DNA from: Heterodontus francisci | Taxonomy: Eukaryota | Assembly: GCF_036365525.1 (NCBI RefSeq) | Contig: NC_090400.1 | Coordinates: 42,091,365-42,155,364, forward strand | Direction: 5' to 3' | DNA: 64,000 nucleotides | Translations under genes and position numbers: made by a program | Shown: positions 1-12,100 of the stretch, one piece after another | How the letters are laid out: each line of letters opens with the position of its first letter | Numbering within the stretch: the first letter of the stretch is position 1 | Notes under the pieces: generated by a model | The model's input: only the letters and a program-made list of their open reading frames with translations | Databases searched by the model: none | What the model was told of the DNA's origin: nothing

Positions 1-859
1 TTCAAAGTTAATATATATTTAATAATCTATTTTCTTACCCAGATGGGCATAATTTATATATTCTACATTGGCCATTTAAATGAATTGAAATGTTAAAGGT
101 AATCAGTTAACAAAGAAAGGCTGCATTTATATGGCTCTTTTCATGCCCTTGGTACATCTCAAAGGCAATTAATCACAGTTTGAACTGTATTCACTTTTTG
201 GCAAATGATGTTGACTCCCCTCTCATCACATCTGATAAATGTGAAAGACAGCTCCCTAGCTTGTTAACAATGTTAGTTATGTCATGCTATTCGAGCCCAA
301 GCTTCAAAATGACTGTGCAAATCATATATTTCTCTCCATCGTAGAATTCAATACCAATAGTATTCTGGTTGGGAAATGGGATGTGACTTGAATTGTGCTG
401 TATGTAAAAATGTGTGCAGACACTTGCTACAGAATATTTTTTGTGAAAATTCAATGAGACCAGACCAGTGGATTTAGAAGTAATTGAAAACAAACAATAA
501 ACTTTATTAATATATAATTTTAGGCTACACTAATGTGGTCAGGTTGGGCAGGAATCTTCCTTCCCCCAATTAACCTTTGGATCAAGCTACTAGGAGATTT
601 TGTGACATTGGCTGAGGTTGCACTCAGCCAAAGATAACAGCTAGCAATCAGCCATGAAGTGTCAGCTTGCTGGAACACAGCAAGACCCAACACTGATTCC
701 CAGGCACATTGAGTGAGTTTTCTCTAAGAACAGCATTTATTCCATTTTTGGGGGGATGGAGGTTTCACTCCAGCCCTTTCACTAAGAAATGGTTTTATTC
801 TTTTACTATTAGAATGAGTGGGAAAAATTAATTGCTTCTCAACAGATCTGGACATTATG

Positions 860-1170
860 TAAAAGAGTAATGGAATGTTGGCCTTTATTTCTAAGGGGAG
901 GAATTAATGCACTGAACCTTGAACAGAACTCATCTGGAGCACTGCATTCCATTTTGGGGATTTAAAAGGGTTAAATTATGAAGACAGGCTGTATGAAATT
1001 GGTTTGAGTTTAGACAGTTGAAAGGTGCTCTAATTGCAGTGTTGAAAATGATAAAGGGATTCAATAGGGTCGATCCATTGAAATTACTTCCTTTGATGGT
1101 AAATCCAGAAAAAGCAGGCACTATATTAAAATTAGAGCTGGGTCATTCAAGAGTGAAATCAGAAAGCACT
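860..1170 (+). mobile_element. Degraded CR1 LINE 3' fragment
   Basis: Decayed CR1 ORF2 end motifs (aatggaatgttggcctttattt, ttatgaagacaggctg) similar to the better copies at 13500-14000. Confidence 0.6.
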
Positions 1171-2099
1171 AAGGTAAAGGGGGTCCAATTGGCTAGCTCC
1201 CAGAAACGAGTATGGGGATTGCGATGCACAATTAACCCACATCCACTGATTGCAAGGCAGGCAGCATGCCAACTTTAAGCTGTTGACTCATTTCCATGAT
1301 CCAGCACTAACCATACAGTTCATTGGCTGCAAGCATTTGCAAAGGGTCAATATAGTGAAAGCATAGCACCACTTAAAGCTGGCCTGCATTGTTTAAAACT
1401 TGTCTGTACCCCTTAAAGGGGAGGTACATTGTGGTTGGATCATGGTTGAAGCGAATCTGACCGAGGAAAGAGTAAGGAATGCCACACAGGGGAGAGAATG
1501 GGCTCCAAGGTTTTTGGATGCTGCACTGAAGGCCTTGGTGGAGCAGGTGGAAAGGGAGTGGGACGCCCTGAATCCGCAGGAGGGACGGAGACCCTCCAGA
1601 CGCATAGTCAAATGGAGCAGATAGCCAGCTATTCAACCATGCCAACCACATCAGACAAGGTTGCATGACACTCTCTGACATACCTCCCTCTGTCTTGCAG
1701 GACAAGGTAGTGCACAACTGGGGGCAGCAGGAGTTAACCGGAAGGGGACTGGCATGGTGATGGCGTTAGCCATTATTGGGACACCCATTGCTGAGGCGAC
1801 GGGCACCAGCAGGAAAACACCAAAGATGATGATACCTCATACCTAATTTACCTTCTCACAATCCATCTCCCCCTCATCCCACATACTCTGCTTATTTACA
1901 AGCTGCAAATGGTATAAGCATGTACTTCTACTTTCCCTCCTCCCTGCTCAAAAAACATAACACTGTGCCTTTCTCCTTTCAGATACCCAAGTGAAGCAAC
2001 CTGACTAGGTAATGGAGAAACACCAAGAAGAGAGCGTTGATGAAGACACAGCACCATCACTTGATCTCACATTTACTGCCACCAGCTCAGATACACATT

Positions 2100-2630
2100 C
2101 CCAGCCGGCATCCCACATTCTATCCTCCGTAAACTTGAGGTCATCCAAAACTCTGCTGCTGTGTCTATTTCTTGCAACAAATATCACCCCTGTGCTCGCT
2201 GACCGACATTGGGTCCTGGTAAAGCAATACCTCGATTATAAAATTCTCATCTTTGTTTTCAAATCCCTCCATGGCCTTGCCCCTCCACATCTCTGTAATC
2301 TCCTCCAGGCCTATGACCCTCCCAGATATCTGTAATCTCCTCCAGGCCTATGACCCTCCCAGATATCTGCGCTCCTCTAAACGTGGTCCTTCAAGCATTC
2401 AAGATTTTAATTGCTGCACCATTAGTGACCATGCCTTTAGCTGCCAAGCTCTGCAGTTCCCTCCCTAAACCTCTCTGCCTCTCTTTCTTCCTTTACGACA
2501 CTCCTTAAAACTTACCTCTTTGACCAAGCTTTTGGTGGCTTGGTGTCAAATTTTACTTTATAATGCTCCTGTGAAGCACCTTGGGACATTTTATTACATT
2601 AAAGGCCCTATATAAATACAAGTTGTTGCT
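2100..2630 (+). mobile_element. L2-type LINE 3' fragment nested in the Harbinger remnant
   Basis: Translates to ITPVLADRHWVLVKQYLDYKILIFVFKSLHGLAPPHLCNLL, the typical L2 ORF2 end. Tail is tatataaatacaagttgttg. Confidence 0.75.
2293..2366 (+). repeat. Perfect 37-bp tandem duplication
   Basis: ctgtaatctcctccaggcctatgaccctcccagatat occurs at 2293-2329 and 2330-2366. Confidence 0.95.
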
Positions 2631-3994
2631 AACACTGCACCTTAGAGGATAGATGAGAAGCAGGATCTGCACACAGTGAGACACTGGGCACGTGGACTGC
2701 AGCCAGGGCAGGGGGCAAGGATAGTGCAAGCACCAGCTCCACAGAGGGCAAGGTCACACACAGGTTCTGCTACAGGGTACTCAGATAGGACTTTTCTGGG
2801 GCAGCCTAAAGAATGCTGATGGATATACAGAGTGAAATGCTTGGTGCATTGGGCAGCCTGCCAGAAAGTCTGCAGTCAAAGTCAAGGAGCATGGAGAAAT
2901 CCAGCACCAACATGGCACGGGGCTTTGCGCAGAGCTTGTAACCCATCTTTTTCAGCCTGGAAGTGGTGGGTAACTCTGTTCTAGTTGGGGACCAAACCAT
3001 GATACAGCATCTGATGGTTGATGTTCCAGCTTCTACTGCAGCACAAGCAGCAGCTACCCAACATCTGAGCGCTGCAGTGGAATCTCAGACTGCTGTCATG
3101 CAAGGTCATCTTGCTGCTGTGCAAGCTCAGACTATTGCCATCATGGATGTGGATTACAGTGTGCAAAGGGGCTTGCAGGGTGTCACAGCAGTCCAGGAAT
3201 TTGTCCTCCGACAGATTATTAGGATTATGGAGGCTCCTCCCGTGGGGAGTGATGTGGCACCATGGTACATGAAACTGCTGTCCACTCTCAGGAAAACAGC
3301 AATCATCCTCCCACTCCTGCCACTCCTCTTGCTGTTGCCTGTAAGCCAGCCAGCCCAGACTACTGCCACCCATGTTGAAATGTGAAGTCCAAACCCAGGC
3401 CTTCTAGGCCCAGAGTTGCTCGAGATTGTCTTCCAAGGTCATCTCCCCCACTGAAAGTTAGCCATGCTGCAGCCACTGGGGTAAGACTTCATACGAGCAC
3501 TAGAATAGGCAAAGACACACAAAAGACAGGCACTTAGAAAATGCACAAAGATGATTAGTTGACTTTTGCACACAATAAGGCATGATTTTATGTATACATT
3601 TGGTTTAGAATGTTTATTTTGTGCTGGCTTTTCTTCCTGCATTGTGGCCAAGTGGATGCAGGGATGGTCAGTGACAGAGGGAAGGGAAGGTCTGGGACTG
3701 GAGGTGAATAGACAACTGGGGTTGCAGTTACTGGTATCGCTCTCAGATGACAACCCAGGAAGGAAGGGACTGTCTAGGTCACCTCCTCCCTTTACCACCT
3801 CCTCCTCCTCCTCAGCTGCTCGCCATATAGCCTGTGGCAAGGGCTGTCCCCTCATGATTGTAAGGTTGTATGGTATGCAGGAGACCACAATGAATTTTGA
3901 CACCTTCTCTGTCGAGTAACACAGGGCTCCTCCTGAGCGGTCCAGGCAGCAGAAGTGTTATTTCAGCATGCCAATGGTCTGTTCTATAACATTT

Positions 3995-4125
3995 TTAAAA
4001 TTCTTTCATGGGATGTAGGCATCACGAGCAAGGCCCAGCATTTGTTGCCCATCCCTAATTGCCCTTGACAACTGAGTGGCTTGCTAGGCCATTTCAGAAG
4101 GCAGTTAAAAATCAACCACATTGCA
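3995..4125 (-). mobile_element. Short 3' end of the LINE family seen at 18520-20285
   Basis: Shares ttcatgggatgt..ggc...cagcattt.ttgcccatccctaattgcccttga with 18530, 35475 and 56465. Confidence 0.7.
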
Positions 4126-4881
4126 TGTGGCAGCATGGCTTTCATTGTATGCATGCTGCACGTGTGCATGAATTGTGCATCAGATTCAGCAGTCATGTCA
4201 TCAACGGATAGCCCTGGTTGCCCAGTAGCCATCCTCTGGTTTGCTATACAGTGCCAGCTGCACCTGAGCAAACTTCCACAGAATGAAGGCATCATGATTG
4301 GTGCCAGGCTGCTGGGCATTGACCTGCATTATTCACTGCTTATAGTCACATATCAGTTGGATGTTGAGGGAGTGGAATCCCTTTTGGTTCCCGTATAGGG
4401 CAGAATCCCTTTAAATAGAGGTAGTGCAGAGTCAGTGGTCCTTCTCGCTGTTGAACATGTGTTCACCTGTGCAAGGTTAAGAGAGGGTGTTGGCTACAGG
4501 TTGAGCTCCAAAATGGCAGTGCAGCATCAAATCAGCATTACATGCTAATTGACAACATGTTCTGCCTGTTCTGCAAAATTCTGCCCAACAGTCAATGTGC
4601 ACAAGCTAATGCCTGCACGAGTATGGTATATGCACATATCGCAAGCACCATTTTGGAGCTCTAGGGGCATCTGTAGCACCCAATTCCTCACCCATTCACT
4701 AATGGATACAAATTAGGAAATTAGAAGAGAAAAAGGTTTGTTGATTGCACAGAAAAAAGAGCATGTGTAAATCGTTCCTGGAAAGCTAGTCCTTATTAGA
4801 CTGACCTCAGTTCAGTTTGACATTTACCAGTCCAAAACTTGTTGACCACATCCGATTGCTCATTAAGTCACATTCCTGTGG

Positions 4882-5199
4882 AGGGCGGCGCAGTGGTTAG
4901 CACCGCAGCCTCACAGCTCCAGGGACCTGGGTTCGATTCTGAGTACTGCCTGTGCGGAGTTTGCAAGTTCTCCCTGTGACCGTGTGGGTTTTCGCCGGGT
5001 GCTACGGTTTCCTCCCACAGCCAAAGACTTGCAGGTTGATAGGTAAATTAGCCATTGTAAATTGCCCCTAGTGTAGGTAGGTGGTAGGGAATATGGGATT
5101 ACTGCAGGGTTAGTATAAATGGGTGGTTTTTGGTCGGCACAGACTCGGTGGGCCGAAGGGCCTGTTTCAGTGCTGTATCTCTCAATAAATAAAATAAAT
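4882..5199 (+). mobile_element. tRNA-derived SINE (HE1/V-SINE-like)
   Basis: A-box-like gcagtggttagc, B-box ggttcgattct, V-domain-like ggagtttgcaagttctccctgtg, CR1-like tail gggccgaagggcctgtttcagtgctgtatctc, then (aataa)n. Confidence 0.85.
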
Positions 5200-5580
5200 C
5201 CCTGTCCGCATCAGCCTCCAATGGCTTCTGCACCATGTAATGGAGTAAAAATCCTCATCTCATTTACAATTCCTTTCCCTGACTTACTTCTTTCCAACTC
5301 TGCAACCTTTTCCAATCACGTGTCACCTGCTCTTGACTCTGACTCTCTTTCGATCCTTCCCTCCTGCTCCACCTTCAGGATCTTCAGCTATCTCAGCAAA
5401 CTCTATAATTCTCTCTCTCAAGCCCTCTGCTTTGCTAACTGCCTCACTACCTTTAAACAGACCTTTTTGGCAAGCTTTTATTCACCTCGCCTAACTCTTC
5501 TACCATGCTTGGCCTTTGTGAAGCACATTGGGACGACATACTACATTAAAGTTGTTAACATAAATGCAGATCATCATTAT
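5200..5580 (+). mobile_element. Old L2-type 3' fragment
   Basis: Diverged similarity to 2100-2630, including tgtgaagcacattgggac...tacattaaag. Confidence 0.5.
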
Positions 5581-5895
5581 TACGTGCAGAAATGAAATCT
5601 ACAATTTATGTTGAAGCAGGTCTGCTTAGGGCTTAGATTTTTTTTTCAAAGCTGAGTTATTGGCAAATTAGCCTATTTCTTTTGAACTAAAATGAGGATA
5701 AAATAAAGCAACTGTTGTTTTAGCAGCAGTTTGAAAATTTAAGGCAAACAATGTGAACCAGAATAAGAAACGCAAAATTGTCTGTAAGTCATCCCTGATC
5801 ATCTGTTATTTTATAGATCTAAACACACACAGTGACAGATAAAAGCCACCAGCTCACTCATGGCTCCAGTCACTCTGTAAAAGCATTGTACATAC

Positions 5896-6000
5896 CAAAA
5901 TCTCTGAATATCGCATTTCTGGCGGGTAAACAATATTTGTATCAAATGATATCACATCTACTCCATGGCACTGAAGCAAATACTCCCAGTATCCTGTTCC
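5896..6000 (-). CDS. Internal coding exon of a putative SAM-dependent methyltransferase (GTGYWEYLLQCHGVDVISFDTNIVYPPEMRYSEIL)
   Basis: On the - strand: poly-T tract plus AG acceptor (6002-6001), 105 nt open in phase 0, then a GTATGT donor at 5895. Joins in frame to the 7950-7651 exon and completes the GAGTGYW motif. Confidence 0.85.
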
Positions 6001-6039
6001 CTTTATATAAAAAAAAAGATTAAACATGGCATGTTAAAA

Positions 6040-6900
6040 TCCCAAATAATGGTTAGTCCTTCAACCATTTGATGTCATCCTTCCTGAATATTACCTTTAA
6101 AGTGTATGGCTTTTCTTAAATTAATCCAGTATCCTGACCGCGGCCATCCTTCCTAGCAACTTTGTTCCAACCGTTAACTATCCTCTGTAAAGAAATGCTT
6201 CTTGACATCCAGCTTAAACTTGGCTTTTACAATGCTGAAACTGTGGCCTCTTAATCTGGTGCGCTGCCCTGTAAGTATTGTCTTGGTTTACTTTCCCTGT
6301 TCCATATATCCTATACATCTATAAAATTCCCTCTGAGACTTTGCTTTTCAAAACTGAAGAACTCAAGCTTATCAAGTCATCCTCCATAGCTCTTCTTACT
6401 TAGCAGTAACAGCCCTCTGGGCAGCCCATTCAGTACAAACCAAATCCATGTTTTATCTTGATTTGTAAGAGTCTTTCATGTGGTACTTTATCACTTGGAA
6501 GTTTAGCTACTCTGTCATATGGCTTACTTCCTAACTTGAGATGCAACTTCTCAAAATACCTGTTATGTTAGTGAGAAAAGGCTCAGGGGAGATTAATTTC
6601 AGGTTTAAAAAATTATGAGGCGCTTTGATAAATTGAATTTGGGAAAAAATATTTCCTCTCATTGGGTCGTCCGTGACTAGGGATCATCAAATTAAAATAG
6701 TCACTTCTTTGAAAGAGAGAGAGATAGGGGAAATTTCTTTACACCGAAGGCTACGGGACATGTGCGGGGAAATGTGATTAGTTAGGACAGGTGATTGATG
6801 GTCGGCATAGGCTCGTTGGGCCAAAGGGCCTGTTTCTGTGCTGTGAAACTCTATGACTCTATGATTGTTGGAACATGAAATGATTTACCACATGGAGTAA
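6040..6900. mobile_element. Degraded CR1 fragments (- about 6040-6450, + about 6580-6900)
   Basis: Decayed CR1 3' motifs, including the tail gggccaaagggcctgtttctgtgctgtgaaactctatgactctatga. Confidence 0.55.
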
Positions 6901-6921
6901 CTGAGGCAGAGATCATTGCAT

Positions 6922-7023
6922 TAAAAACAAGAAATGCTGGAACCACTCAGCAGGTCTGGCAGCATCTGTGAAAAGAGAAGCAGAGTTAACGTTTCGGGTC
7001 AGTGACCCTTCTTCGGAACATTG
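6922..7023 (-). mobile_element. Short Penelope-derived element, single arm, hammerhead core on -
   Basis: 11-bp TSD gatcattgcat (6911-6921, 7024-7034). The - strand reads gttCCGAAGAagggtcactgacccGAAAcgttaac. Confidence 0.75.
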
Positions 7024-7349
7024 GATCATTGCATCATGGTATCAGTGACAGCAAGGGATGATGATGGTGAAACTAGAAAATACTGATTGTCCAGGGGAGA
7101 GGAAGCTAATAGGAGTGGACTCAATTGATTTTAAAATTAGGAAAGGTAATGACATTTTCAAACATCCCAGGATTTATGTCTAGGATTGCAAGATTGTAAC
7201 TTTTGTCAGTCAAATTTTGCTGCACCTTTTCCTGTGGGGACCGAGGCATGCACCTTGGTTAACATGCCTTCCCTGAGCCTGCTTTGAGTTGATAAATGTA
7301 TTTTAGTGCAATCTATAGCCTTGGAAAATAAGCAAATGATCAAGATATT

Positions 7350-7525
7350 GTAAAAGCAAAATACTGCAGATGTTGGAAATCTGGAATAAAAATAGAAAGT
7401 GCTGGAAATACTCCGCAGATATGGCAGTATCTAATGAAAGGTCACAGACCTGAAACGTTAACTCTGTTTATCTCTCCACAGATGCTGCCAGACCTGTTGA
7501 GTATTTCCTGCACTTTCTGTGGTTA
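7350..7525. mobile_element. Fold-back Penelope-derived short element (diverged)
   Basis: aaaagcaaaatactgcagatg...ctggaaatactc followed by the inverted arm tgaaaggtcacagacctgaaacgttaactctg...gagtatttcc. Confidence 0.7.
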
Positions 7526-7650
7526 TCTAACTATTGCACATGAGCTATATGACAGGAAGGGGGTGGGCAACACAAGAGTCCAGACCCAGCTGTTGCGACC
7601 AATTACCAGCAGAAGTGACAACACGATCATGTAATTTTAGAAGTACTTAC

Positions 7651-7950
7651 AGCACCAGCTGAAACCACAGGTTGCTTTAAGTCTGCAATAAAGGTAATTG
7701 CTTCTGAATTTGGAATGGAAAAAGAAAATAATATTTGCAGTTTTTGGCAACTCAATTCATCAATATCCCTCAGTAGCTGAACCAGCTCTCTTCTTCGCCC
7801 ATGTTGTAACTGAGGATCGCAGAACCTGTGAATGTCTGCTGGAAATTGCTCCATTTTAACGCAATACATTTTGTAATACAGGTTTTCTCCCCCACACTTT
7901 CTCTGCTCGACTGTTTGCCACTGTATTTCACCATTACTATCTGACTCCAT
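7651..7950 (-). CDS. Probable first coding exon of a putative SAM-dependent methyltransferase (MESDSNGE...FSFSIPNSEAITFIADLKQPVVSAGA)
   Basis: ATG at 7950 in good Kozak context (GGAATGG), 100 open codons, strong phase-0 donor GCT|GTAAGT at 7650. Upstream acceptors at 8037 (ttgtttttcctcag) and 8086. The true start may lie in an upstream exon because the frame is open to 8085. Confidence 0.8.
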
Positions 7951-8294
7951 TCCTAGCTGTACAACTGTCGCTTTCTCTGACGAAGTAGGAAGTAAGCACA
8001 CGATTAATGCACAACTATCAGCGATACAGCACCTCCCTGAGGAAAAACAAATCACTTCAGGCAAAACTCCAGACTTGCATAACAACTAGAATGATAAAAC
8101 ACGAAGCTAATTGATTTTGTTTAATTTAGTTACACCAGTTTTTTAAAATCTTTGTACTAGTTATTTTACCATCATCTGGGAATGATGAGAACTGGCAATT
8201 AGGAGTGAGATTTATGATGGCAAAAAAATGAGGCTCGTTGCCACTCCATTTAATTACAAGAAATGTTATTTAGTCTTGAAGAGTCTACTTTTTC

Positions 8295-8835
8295 TCTTCT
8301 TCTTTGGCCTCCTTATCTCGAGAGACAATGGGTAAGCGCCTGGAGGTGGTCAGTGGTTTGTGGAGCAGCGCCTGGAGTGGCTATAAAGGCCAATACTAGA
8401 ATGACAGACTCTTCCACAGGTGCTGCAGATAAAATTGGTTGTTGGGGCTGTTACACAGTTGGCTCTCTCCTTGCGCTTCTGTCTTTTTTCCTGCCAACTG
8501 CTAAGTCTCTTCGACTCGCCACACTTTAGCTCCGCCTTTATGGCTGCCCGCCAGCTCTGGCGATCGCTGACAACTGACTCCCACGACTTGTGATCAATGT
8601 TACAGGACTTCATGTCGCGTTTGCAGACGTCTTTAAAGCGGAGACATGGACGGCCGGTGGGTCTGATACCAGTGACGAGCTCGCTGTACAATGTGTCCTG
8701 GGGATCCTGCCATCTTCCATGTGGCTCACATGGCCAAGCCATCTCAAGCGCCGCTGACTCAGTAGTGTGTATAAGCTGGGGATGTTGGCCGCCTCGAGGA
8801 CTACTGTGTTGGAGATGCGGTCCTGCCACCTTGAA
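8295..8835 (-). mobile_element. RTE (BovB-like) LINE 3' fragment
   Basis: RRLRWLGHVSHMEDGRIP and LYSELVTGIRPTGRPCLRFKDVCKRDMK, C-terminal FICSTCGRVCHSSIGLYSHSRRC zinc finger, (GAA)n tail. Confidence 0.9.
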
Positions 8836-9129
8836 GAGTGAGATGCATTAAAATAAGTGACATTTTTAAACAAACATGAATATCAATTCAAATGATTGAA
8901 GTGCTGCGAGTTGATTTTGATTTTTGAAATTATTTAATGCAAGTAATTCTTAAATTCTTGTATGTATTGAATAGTTTGCTGTGTGTGCACTAACATTTAC
9001 TTGGCGTTGAAATGTGCACAGGTCAGACTGAACTGTATCAAAGATGAACTGGTTTAAAGCGAGAGTATCTGGTGCTGAAGAGTAAATCGAGATAGCAGCC
9101 GAAAGTAAAATCTCCCAGTTAATGCTCGC

Positions 9130-12100
9130 AAAAAGGGATGATGGTGGATAGTCAATGGCAAACATTTAAAGAGCGCATGGATGAACTGCAACAATTGTTT
9201 ATCCCTGTCTGGTGCAAAAGTAAAACGGGAAAGGTAGCCAAACCATGGCTTACAAGGGAAATTAGAGATAGCATTAGATCCAAGGAAGAGCCATATAAAT
9301 TCACCAGAAAAAACAACAGACCTGAGGATTCGGAGCAGTTTAGAATTCAGCAAAGGAGGACCAAGGGATTGATTAAGAAGGGGAAAATAGAGTACGAGAG
9401 CAAGCTTGTTTTAATGCAAGAAGTGTAGTAGGTAAGGCAGATGAACTTAGGGCTTGGATTAGTACCTGGGAGTATGATGTTATTGCTATTACTGAGACTT
9501 GGTTGAGGGAAGGGCATGATTGGCAACTAAATATCCCAGGATATCGATGCTTCAGGCGGGATAGAGAGGGAGGTAAAAGGGGTGGAGGAGTTGCATTACT
9601 GGTCAAAGAGGATATCACAGCTGTGCTGAAGGAGGGCACTATGGAGGACTCGAGCAGTGAGGCAATATGGACAGAACTCAGAAATAGGAAGGGTGCGGTA
9701 ACAATGTTGGGGCTGTACTACAGGCCTCCCAACAGCGAGCGTGAGATAGAGGTACAAATATGTAAACAGATTATGGAAAGATGTAGGAGCAACAGGGTGG
9801 TGGTGATAGGAGATTTTAATTTTCCCAACATTGACTGGGATTCGCTTAGTGTTAGAGGTCCAGATGGAGCAGAATTTGTAAGGAGCATCCAGGAGGGTTT
9901 TCTAGAGCAGTATGTAAATAGTCCAACTCGGGAAGGGGCCATACTGGACCTGGTGTTGGGGAATGAGCCCGGCCAGGTTGTTGAAGTTTCAGTAGGGGAC
10001 TACTTTGGGAATAGTGATCACAATTCCGTAAGCTTTAAAATACTCATGGACAAAGACGAGAGTGGTCCAAAAGGGAGAGTGCTAAATTGGGGGAAGGCCA
10101 ACTACACCAAAATTCGGCAGGAGCTGGGAAATGTAGATTGGGAGCAGCTGTTTGAAGGTAAATCCACATGTGATATGTGGGAGGCTTTTAAAGAGAGGTT
10201 GATTAGCGTGCAGGAGAGACATGTTCCTGTGAAAATGAGGGATAGAAATGGCAAGATTAGGGAACCATGGATGACAGGTGAAATTGTGAGACTAGCTAAG
10301 AGGAAAAAGGAAGCATACATAAGGTCTAGGCGGCTGATGAAAGACGAAGCTTTGAAAGAATATCGGGAATGTAGGACCAATCTGAAACGAGGAATTAAGA
10401 GGGCTAAAAGGGGTCATGAAATATCTTTAGCAAACAGGGTTAAGTAAAATCCCAAAGCCTTTTATTCATATATAAGGAGAAAGAGGGTAACTAGAGAAAG
10501 GATTGGCCCACTAAAGGACAAAGGAGGAATGTTATGCTTGGACTCAGAGAAAATGGGTGAGATTCTAAACGAGTACTTTGCATCGGTATTCACCGAGGAG
10601 AGGGACATGACGGATGTTGAGGTTAGGAACAGATGTTTGATTACTCTAGGTCAAGTCGGCATAAGGAGGGAGGAAGTGTTGGGTATTCTAAAGGGCATTA
10701 AGGTGGACAAGTCCCCAGGTCCGGATGGGATCTATCCCAGGTTACTGAGGGAAGCGAGAGAGGAAATAGCTGGGGCCTTAACAGATATCTTTGCAGCATC
10801 CTTAAACACGGGTGAGGTCCCGGAGGACTGGAGAATTGCTAATGTTGTCCCCTTGTTTAAGAAGGGTAGCAGGGATAATCCAGGTAATTATAGACCGGTG
10901 AGCCTGACGTCAGTGGTAGGGAAGCTGCTGGAGAAGATACTGAGGGATAGGATCTATTCCCATTTGGAAGAAAATGGGCTCATCAGTGATAGGCAACATG
11001 GTTTTGTGCAGGGAAGGTCATGTCTTACCAACTTAATAGAATTCTTTGAGGAAGTGACAAAGTTGATTGATGAGGGAAGGGCTGTCGATGTCATATACAT
11101 GGACTTCAGTAAGGCGTTTGATAAGATTCCCCATGGCAGGCTGATGGAGAAAGTGAAGGCGCTTGGGGTCCAAGGTGTACTAGCTAGATGGATAAAGAAC
11201 TGGCTGGGCAACAGGAGACAGAGAGTAGCAGTAGAAGGGAGTTTCTCAAAATGGAGACGTGTGACCAGTGGTGTTCCAGAGGGATCCGTGCTGGGACCAC
11301 TGTTGTTTGTGATATACATTAATGATTTGGAGGAAAGTATAGGTGGACTGATTAGCAAATTTGCAGACGACACTAAGATTGGTGGAGTAGCAGATAGTGA
11401 AGGGGACTGTCAGAGAATACAGCAGAATATAGATAGATTGGAGAGTTGGGCAGAGAAATGGCAGATGGAGTTCAATCAGGGCAAATGCGAGGTGATGCAT
11501 TTTGGAAGATCCAATTCAAGAGTGAACTATACAGTAAATGGAAAAGTCCTGGGGAAAATTGATGTCCAGAGATATTTGGGTGTTCAGGTCCACTGTTCCC
11601 TGAAGGTGGCAACGCAGGTAAATAGAGTGGTCAAGAAGGCATACGGCATGCTTTCCTTCATCGGACGGGGCATTGAGTACAAGAGTTGGCAGGTCATGTT
11701 ACAGTTGTATAGGACTTTGGTTCGGCCACATTTGGAATACTGCGTACAGTTCTGGTCGCCACATTATCAAAAGGATGTGGATGCTTTGGAGAGGGTGCAG
11801 AGGAGGTTCACCAGGATGTTGCCTGGTATGGAGGGCGCTAGCTATGAAGAGAGGTTGAGCAGATTAGGATTATTTTCATTAGAAAGACGGAGGTTGAGGG
11901 GGGACCTGATTGAGGTGTACAAAATCATGAGAGGTATAGACAGGGTGGATAGCAAGAGGCTTTTTCCCAGAGTGGGGGTTTCAATTACTAGAGGACACGA
12001 GTTCAAAGTGAAAGGGGAAAAGTTTAGGGGGGATATGCGTGGAAAGTTCTTTACGCAGAGGGTGGTGGGCACCTGGAACGCATTGCCAGCGGAGGTGGTA

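Larger units (their letters stand above)
1175..4690. mobile_element. Degraded PIF/Harbinger DNA transposon (Myb/SANT-like gene on +, transposase on -)
   Basis: The + frame near 1490-1620 reads WAPRFLDAALKALVEQVERE (Harbinger Myb-like start). The - strand near 3850-3990 reads IEQTIGMLK*HFCCLDRSGGALCYSTEKVSKFIVVSCIPYNL (HARBI1-type transposase C-terminus). Boundaries are approximate. Confidence 0.75.

Noticed and set aside
287-493. Minus-strand 68-aa ORF as the third methyltransferase exon
   Set aside because: Acceptor-like sites exist, but no frame gives recognisable downstream methyltransferase motifs and all frames stop quickly. The next exon is probably outside the window.
2963-3385. 140-aa Ala/Gln-rich ORF as a host gene
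   Set aside because: It lies within the Harbinger remnant and is most likely the low-complexity C-terminus of its Myb-like gene.
4882-4960. tRNA gene
   Set aside because: It is the tRNA-derived head of a multi-copy SINE and continues into the SINE body and tail.
5832-6023. + strand 63-aa ORF
   Set aside because: Antisense shadow of the minus-strand exon 6000-5896.
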